Shown here: piece by piece, positions 25,825 to 31,168 of the stretch
Position numbering within the stretch: the stretch's first letter is position 1
Layout of the letters: each line of letters opens with the position of its first letter
NCBI GenBank assembly: GCA_037721455.1
Contig: JBBJOB010000001.1
Location: forward strand, 1-31,168
Reading direction: 5' to 3'
DNA: 31,168 bases
Source of the DNA: Solirubrobacteraceae bacterium
GTDB lineage: Bacteria > Actinomycetota > Thermoleophilia > Solirubrobacterales > Solirubrobacteraceae
Program-made: the position numbers and the translations under genes
Notes under the pieces: generated by a model
Databases searched by the model: none
What the model saw: the letters and a program-made list of their open reading frames with translations, nothing else
What the model was told of the DNA's origin: nothing

Positions 25825-26619
25825 TCAGCCTCCGATCGGGGCTCTGGGATTCGCGCCCCAGAAGATCGCCGTGCCGAGCATGCCGATGAGGTGCACGATC
25901 ACGAGGTTCAGCACCATCGACTTCGCGGTCGCGGTGCCCACGCCGACCGGTCCACCGCCGGCCGTGTAGCCGTAGTAGCAGCCCACCAGAACGATGCCGG
26001 TGGCCATGAACATGCCCTTGAGCACGCTGTAGAGCAGGTCCGGGGGGTTCTGGAACATCCAGAAGATGAGGAAGTAGCCGCCCGAGCTGACCTCGCCGAT
26101 CTGCTCGACCACCGCCAGGTAGGAGGCGAAGAAGCCGGCCCCGACCGCCGCGATGTACATGAACGGCAGCACGATCCACGCGGCCAGCAGGCGCGTGGCG
26201 CACAGGAAGAGCATCGAGTCGATGCCCATGACCTCCAGGGCGTCGACCTCGTCGGAGATCCGCATGGAGCCGATCTCGGCCACGAATCCGGTGCCCACCT
26301 TTGCGGCCATCATGTAGCCGAAGGCGTAGGGCACCAGCTCGCGCAGGTCACACCAGGCGCTGAACACGCCCGCGTAGGCCGGCGAGCCCACGGCGCGGTT
26401 GAAGTAGGCGCCCTCGATGCCGCACGTGAGGCCGATGATGAACACCAGGCCCCAGATGACCAGCGTCGAGCCGATGATGAGGATGCCGGCCTGGCGCAGC
26501 GCCTCGCCTGAGAACTTCAGCACGCGCAGGCTGTAGACCTGGCCCAGGACGCGCCCGCAGAACTGCGCGATGACGCCGAAGTTCGCCAGCCACTCGCGGG
26601 GGAGGGCGAACCAGCCCAT
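25825..26619 (-). CDS. mlaE: MlaE/YrbE-family permease (second copy)
   Basis: AAKVGTGFVAEIGSMRISDEVDALEVMGI and GGGPVGVGTAT motifs. Confidence 0.9.
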   Translation of the reverse strand: MGWFALPREWLANFGVIAQFCGRVLGQVYSLRVLKFSGEALRQAGILIIGSTLVIWGLVFIIGLTCGIEGAYFNRAVGSPAYAGVFSAWCDLRELVPYAFGYMMAAKVGTGFVAEIGSMRISDEVDALEVMGIDSMLFLCATRLLAAWIVLPFMYIAAVGAGFFASYLAVVEQIGEVSSGGYFLIFWMFQNPPDLLYSVLKGMFMATGIVLVGCYYGYTAGGGPVGVGTATAKSMVLNLVIVHLIGMLGTAIFWGANPRAPIGG

Positions 26620-26620
26620 C

Positions 26621-26659
26621 AGTGGCCCATCCTGTGAGTCCGCGCAGGACGGACCACTA
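26621..26659 (-). repeat. Short palindromic element, an internally deleted sibling of the 30417-30584 element
   Basis: The - strand reads TAGTGGTCCGTCCTG-cgcggactca-CAGGATGGGCCACT. The arms are identical to the outer ends of the 30417-30584 element, and the element fills the whole mlaE-mlaE gap. Confidence 0.85.
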
Positions 26660-27466
26660 TCGAATTACCGTCAGCTCGGGGTTGGTGGCCAGCAGGGTCT
26701 GGGTGAAGACGTAGTTGAAGGCGAACGCGCCCAGGAACGAGATAACCACCGCCTGGTTGACCGCCCGCCCGACGCCGGCGGCGCCGCCCGAGGCCGTCAT
26801 GCCCTTGTAGCAGCAGACGATCGCGATGATCCCGCCGAACAACGTCGTCTTGAGCACGGACGCCCAGAGGTCCGTGGTCGATGCGTTGGTGAAGAAGGTG
26901 GCCCAGAACGGCCCCAGCGGCGCGCCGTAGGTCAGCGTGGCCAGGACGCCGCCGAAGATGCCGAACAGCAGCGCGTAGATGTTGAACAGGCCCGTGACCA
27001 GCATGAGGGCCAGGAAGCGCGGGACGACGAGGTTCTTGACCGGGTCCACGCCCAGCACCTGCAGCGCGTCGAGCTCCTCGCGGATCTTGCGCGCGCCGAG
27101 ATCCGCAGTGACCGCGGTGCCGGCGACCCCGGCCAGCACGATGGCCGTCACGAAGGGGGCGAACTCGCGGATGGAAGCGAGGACGAAGAAGCCGCCCAGG
27201 CGGTCCAGCGCGCCGAAGAGCACGAGGAAGTTGGCGGCCTGCAGCCCCGGCGCGCCGTACCCGAAGGCGACCGTCGAGATCAGCAGCGGGAACCAGCACA
27301 GCTTGAGAGCGAAGAGGAACTGACCGATGAACTCGCCCCCGTAGGGATAGGGCGGGCGGATCGCGGAGGTGATCGTCTTGCCCGTGAGGATCATCATGTC
27401 CCCAACCTCCTCGAGCACGCTCTTGGTCGGGAGGAAAGCCCGATCGGCGATGCTGCGGACGGCCAC
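26657..27466 (-). CDS. mlaE: MlaE/YrbE-family permease (first copy)
   Basis: REFAP, AGVAGTAVTADLGARKIREELDALQVLGVDP and GVGRAVNQAVV motifs. GTG 27466 follows a GAGAGG SD. Confidence 0.9.
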   Translation of the reverse strand: MAVRSIADRAFLPTKSVLEEVGDMMILTGKTITSAIRPPYPYGGEFIGQFLFALKLCWFPLLISTVAFGYGAPGLQAANFLVLFGALDRLGGFFVLASIREFAPFVTAIVLAGVAGTAVTADLGARKIREELDALQVLGVDPVKNLVVPRFLALMLVTGLFNIYALLFGIFGGVLATLTYGAPLGPFWATFFTNASTTDLWASVLKTTLFGGIIAIVCCYKGMTASGGAAGVGRAVNQAVVISFLGAFAFNYVFTQTLLATNPELTVIR

Positions 27467-27617
27467 GGTCTTCCTCTCTCCCTTTAAGCGCCCGGGGCGG
27501 CGCGAGCCGGCACAGCGTATGTCACCGGTTCCCGGGCTGCCAACCGCTAACCGGGGCAGTCGACGCCCTGTCAACCGCGGCCCGGCGCAGGGGGCATCTG
27601 GTACGTTCGCCGCCGCC

Positions 27618-28277
27618 GTGGGAGGGCCTGGACGTTTCCGCATCGCAGCACGGCGCGCACTGACCGCGGCGCTGGCCTGCGCGCTCGCGCTGAGCGCCTG
27701 CGGCGGTGAGGAGCGCCAGGACGCCGGCGAGCCGCGGGGCAGCTTCCCCGTCGAGGTCACCGAGGTCGAGTTCCCCCTCGCGCAGAGCCTCGCCGACCGC
27801 ACGACCTTCGTCGTCGAGGTGCGCAACACGGGCACCGAGACCATCCCCAACATCGCGGTGACCCTCGACGGGCTGGACCGCTCTGCCAAGGGGGAGGACG
27901 TCGCCGCCGATCCCCAGCGGCCGATCTGGATCCTGGAGTCCGGGCCCCGTGGCGGCACCACGGCCTACGTGAACACGTGGGCCAAGGGCGAACTGCCCGC
28001 GGGCGAGACCGCGCGCTTCGAGTGGGACGTGACGGCGGTGGAGGCCGGCACCCACGAGCTCACCTACCGCGTCGCCGCCGGCCTGGACGGCAAGGCCCGT
28101 GCCCAGGGCGAGGGCGAGCGCGCGCCGGAGGGCGATGTGACCGTCACGATCACCGACCGGCCGACCGACGCGAGGGTGGACCCCGACACCGGCGAGGTCA
28201 TCCTCGAGGGCGGCGGGTCGCCCGACGACCGCAACGACCCGATCGACCCCTCCGAGGAGAGCCGGGGCGGCGAGTAG
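27618..28277 (+). CDS. Putative lipoprotein with a beta-sandwich domain
   Basis: An LSAC lipobox after a basic/hydrophobic leader and beta-rich VEVRNTG...FEWDVTAV...LTYRVAAG. The start is uncertain. Confidence 0.7.
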   Translation: MGGPGRFRIAARRALTAALACALALSACGGEERQDAGEPRGSFPVEVTEVEFPLAQSLADRTTFVVEVRNTGTETIPNIAVTLDGLDRSAKGEDVAADPQRPIWILESGPRGGTTAYVNTWAKGELPAGETARFEWDVTAVEAGTHELTYRVAAGLDGKARAQGEGERAPEGDVTVTITDRPTDARVDPDTGEVILEGGGSPDDRNDPIDPSEESRGGE

Positions 28278-28314
28278 CCTTCACTCCCCGTCCGAACACG
28301 TCCCCGGAGGCTCC

Positions 28315-29019
28315 GTGCGCCACAGAATCGACGCGGGCAGCGGCCTGGTCGCCGTCGGCGCCGCGGTACTGCTCGTCAGCCTGTTCCTCGACTGGTACGA
28401 GCCGGGGCTGAACGCCTGGTCGGCCTTCGAGATCGTCGACCTCGCGTTGGCAGGCCTCGCCGTGGCCGCAATCGTCGGCGCCGCAGGCCCTCCCGGGCCG
28501 GGCGCGGCAATGGTGCGCTGGGGGCCCCTGGTGTCGCTGGCGGCCTTCGTGCTCGTGGCGGCGCAGATCGTCGACCTGCCGCCCGACCTGGACGGCGGCC
28601 GCGAGGCGGGCGCCTGGCTGGCGCTGGCCGCGACGCTGGCCATGGGCGCGGGCAGCGCGCTGGCAGTGGCCAGCATCTCCGTGACCGTCGACGTCAAGGG
28701 CCGCGATCGCGGCCCGTGGGCCGCGGCCGGCGATCAGCGCGAGGACGAGGACGACGAGCCGATCGAGGAGGCGGGGCGCACCCCAAGCGCCGTGGCCGAC
28801 CGCCGGGAGGCCGCCGGCCACGAGGGCGCAGTGGCCGACCGCCGGGAGGGGCCCGGCGAGCAGCGCCGGCCCCAGCCCGGTGCCGACCTGGGTACCACCC
28901 AGGCCTTCGAGACGTTGCCGGCGTCGCGGGAGGAGGAGGACGGTGACTCGACCCAGAGGGCTGGGCGCCCGCCCGCACACGACCCCCCGCCGCCGCAACA
29001 TCCGCGGGAGACGGGGTAG
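28315..29019 (+). CDS. Multi-pass (about 4 TM) membrane protein with an acidic disordered tail
   Basis: An SLFLDWY motif and four hydrophobic segments. A 19-bp direct repeat at 28792-28810 and 28831-28849 encodes VADRRE twice. Confidence 0.7.
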   Translation: MRHRIDAGSGLVAVGAAVLLVSLFLDWYEPGLNAWSAFEIVDLALAGLAVAAIVGAAGPPGPGAAMVRWGPLVSLAAFVLVAAQIVDLPPDLDGGREAGAWLALAATLAMGAGSALAVASISVTVDVKGRDRGPWAAAGDQREDEDDEPIEEAGRTPSAVADRREAAGHEGAVADRREGPGEQRRPQPGADLGTTQAFETLPASREEEDGDSTQRAGRPPAHDPPPPQHPRETG

Positions 29020-29028
29020 GACGCCCAC

Positions 29029-30420
29029 ATGAGCGTCGCCACGGGTCCCAGGTCCACCGAGCCCGCGCTTGAGCTGCTGCGCTTTCGCGCGGTCCCCGCG
29101 GGCAGCGATGCCGCGGTGCTGGAGCTCGAGGGCCGCTTCGCCACGCCCGCTCCGCGGCGGCTGGGCCGCCCACGGCTGCTGGTGGAGAGTGAGGACGGGC
29201 AGGTCGAGGCCGTCGCCATCAGCGGCCAGGAGGCCTTCGCCGGCCCCGACGCCGCCGTGTGGCGCGCGACCTACGCGCTCCCGCTGGCCGCCGTTGACGG
29301 CACGTTCACGATCGCCGTGGGACGCCGGCTGACCCTGACCCTCCCCGCCCCCTACGTCGAGACGGCCGAGGGCGCCCCGGCCGCCCACCACGTGCGCCTG
29401 GCCCGGGAGGTCAACGGGCTGCGCCGCCGGGCCGACGAGGCCGAGGTGGCGGCCGACGCCGCCAGCACCCGCGGCGACGAGCTGGACGAGCAGCTGAAGA
29501 AGGCGCGCGAGCAGGCCGAGGCACTGCGTGGCGAGCTGAGCACCGCGCGGGAGGCCGCCCGTGCCGCCGACCAGAGCACGGAGGGTGCCGCCAGAGAGAT
29601 GGAGGCCGAGCGAGAGCGCGAGCGCGCGTCCGCGGCGAGTGCGGCGCAGGAGCTGGAGGCCGAGCGCCTGGTGGCCAACCGCACCATCGACCGGGTGCGC
29701 CGCGAGGCCGAGATGCGCGGTCAGCAAACCCAGCAGGAGCACACCCGCCGGCTGGAGGCCACACGGCGCGAGCACGAGGAGGCGATGGCTCGTGCCAGCG
29801 AGGAGTCGCTGCACCGCCTCGAGGAGGCCGTAGCCGCCCAGCGTGCTCAGACGCTCCGCGCCCGCCACGACCTGAAGGCCGCCCGCGCCGAGCTGGAGGC
29901 CATCTCCCAGGAGCAGCCCGCCGCGCGCGACGGCGAGCAGCCCGCCGCGCGCGACGCGACAACCACCACGGGCGAGCATGCCCTGGGGCTCGATTCCGAC
30001 GACCTGGAGCCGAGCACCGACGAGGTCGCCCAGGCCGCCATCGAGGAGGAGCGCCGCCGCGCGCGCACGACGGAGGTCTCCGACGACACGGGCGGGCAGC
30101 GACCCGACCTGGCGACGCGACCCATCACGCTCGAGCTGGCCGACGACGCCACGGCGGCCACGACCCAGACCGTCCGGGTCCTCAACCCGCGCGCCCGCCG
30201 CCCGCGGCGCGACCTGGCCGCCGAGGCCAAGGAGGCCAACGAGAGCCGCACACTGCCCGGTGCCGCGGAGATCGGCGCGCAGCACATCGCCCCCGCCACC
30301 GATCGCCGCGACCTCACGGCGCGCGCCGCCGGCGACCCCGCCCGGACCCTGGCCGTCGCGGCACTGGCCATCTTTGTTCTCGCCGTGTTCGTGATCGTGC
30401 TGGGGGTCGGCCCCTTCTAG
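29029..30420 (+). CDS. Coiled-coil protein with an N-terminal beta domain and a C-terminal TM anchor
   Basis: A long Glu/Arg/Ala heptad region, EQPAARD twice (29911-29956), and the last residues TLAVAALAIFVLAVFVIVLGVGPF. Confidence 0.75.
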   Translation: MSVATGPRSTEPALELLRFRAVPAGSDAAVLELEGRFATPAPRRLGRPRLLVESEDGQVEAVAISGQEAFAGPDAAVWRATYALPLAAVDGTFTIAVGRRLTLTLPAPYVETAEGAPAAHHVRLAREVNGLRRRADEAEVAADAASTRGDELDEQLKKAREQAEALRGELSTAREAARAADQSTEGAAREMEAERERERASAASAAQELEAERLVANRTIDRVRREAEMRGQQTQQEHTRRLEATRREHEEAMARASEESLHRLEEAVAAQRAQTLRARHDLKAARAELEAISQEQPAARDGEQPAARDATTTTGEHALGLDSDDLEPSTDEVAQAAIEEERRRARTTEVSDDTGGQRPDLATRPITLELADDATAATTQTVRVLNPRARRPRRDLAAEAKEANESRTLPGAAEIGAQHIAPATDRRDLTARAAGDPARTLAVAALAIFVLAVFVIVLGVGPF

Positions 30421-30584
30421 TGGTCCGTCCTGTGAGTCCGTGCGCGTTTGGGCGGTTGCCGGCGCCGGCTGGCAAGGACGCAGTGAGGGAGTGGGCCTCT
30501 AGGCCCATGACCGAGCGAGGACGCCGCCAGGCGGTGATCGGCGGCCGATCCAAACGGGTGCGGACTTGCAGGATGGGCCACTAG
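30417..30584 (+). mobile_element. MITE-like / structured repeat element, 168 bp, with CTAG at both ends and 35-bp imperfect terminal inverted repeats
   Basis: Arms 30417-30451 and 30550-30584 give 28/35 Watson-Crick pairs, 6 G-U wobbles and 1 mismatch on the + strand. It contains internal short hairpins and no transposase. Confidence 0.6.
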
Positions 30585-30597
30585 TGGTGGTCCACTA

Positions 30598-31020
30598 GTG
30601 GCGCCGCCACCTGACACCGTGACCGAACGGACTCTCTCCCTTCCGGCCACCGCTGCCGCCCCGCAGATGGCCCGCCGCCACGTGGCCGGTGTCCCCGGGC
30701 TGGGCGGGCGGCTGGGCTACGAGGTACTGCTGCTCACCTCAGAGGTCATCACCTTCTTCCTGGCCGAGCGCGAGCCCGACCCCTCCGACCGGCTGGACCT
30801 CACGGTGCGCGTGGCGCCCGACCACGTGCGCGTCGAGCTGTCGGGTTCCGTCCCCGCCGAGACGGTGGAGCGCGCCCTGCACTCCCGCGACTCCCCCTCG
30901 CTGGGCGGCTACGGCCTGCGGATCCTCGACCGCACCGCCCGACGCTGGGGAGCAGACCGCGCCGACGGGCTCACGCTCTGGTTCGAGTGTGAGGTCGCCG
31001 CCGGTCCCCGCTTGCGGTGA
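30598..31020 (+). CDS. HATPase_c / RsbW-like anti-sigma-type ATP-binding protein
   Basis: LPATAAAPQMARRHV, LLTSEVIT (N-box-like), VRVELS, GGYGLRILDR and WG...LWFE motifs. GTG 30619 is an alternative start. Confidence 0.75.
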   Translation: MAPPPDTVTERTLSLPATAAAPQMARRHVAGVPGLGGRLGYEVLLLTSEVITFFLAEREPDPSDRLDLTVRVAPDHVRVELSGSVPAETVERALHSRDSPSLGGYGLRILDRTARRWGADRADGLTLWFECEVAAGPRLR

Positions 31021-31106
31021 CCGGGTCTGACGTCGCCGACGGTCCCCGCTTGCGGTGACCGGGTCTGACGTCGCCGACGGTCCCCGCTTGCGGTGACCGT
31101 CGGCGA
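31002..31106. repeat. 38-bp tandem repeat (about 2.6 copies) ending in a 36-nt hairpin
   Basis: cggtccccgcttgcggtgaccgggtctgacgtcgccga starts at 31002, 31040 and 31078. The hairpin is tcgccgacggtc (31071-31082) / gaccgtcggcga (31095-31106). Confidence 0.95.
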
Positions 31107-31168
31107 AACCGCCTACACCGGCGCCGCGGCCCCCGGGTGGGCCTGCAGCACCTCCTCGCCCGACTCGC

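Noticed and set aside
28792-29956. Short intragenic direct repeats (VADRRE x2, EQPAARD x2)
   Set aside because: These are ordinary slippage duplications in disordered tails and are recorded only as feature evidence.
30417-30650. 77-aa minus-strand ORF across the MITE-like element
   Set aside because: It has no coding motifs or SD, overlaps the start of the HATPase_c gene, and is explained by the repeat.

Overview
A very GC-rich (roughly 70-75% by eye) chromosomal window from an actinobacterium. The gene set (mIHF-like protein, YrbE/Mkl-type ABC transporter, MMPL, many apparently leaderless genes) suggests class Thermoleophilia, order Solirubrobacterales; this is inferred, not searched. There are about 30 CDS and no rRNA, tRNA, CRISPR array or transposase. 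The strongest signal is a head-to-head gene pair with only 15 bp between start codons: an alpha-oxoamine synthase with serine-palmitoyltransferase-type motifs (17650-18897) and a tandem-GNAT protein resembling bacterial ceramide synthase bCerS (16513-17634). This is a candidate sphingolipid/ceramide pathway in an actinobacterium. It lies just beyond a same-strand run of YrbE/MlaE x2, Mkl/MlaF, MMPL, a thioredoxin-like protein, a B3/4-like protein and two hypotheticals that could handle lipid trafficking. The second signal is non-coding: a 168-bp CTAG-bounded element with 35-bp G-U-wobble terminal inverted repeats (30417-30584) and a 39-bp internally deleted sibling (26621-26659), both beginning exactly on a gene's TAG stop codon. 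Other features are a bacterial voltage-gated Na-channel-like gene frameshifted inside S4, a Get3/ArsA-type ATPase with a small partner gene, an orphan 3' fragment of a Uma2 nuclease, a structured 5' leader in front of an mIHF-like gene, and hairpin-containing tandem repeats at both window ends. Most long ORFs in the supplied track are GC-rich shadow ORFs.
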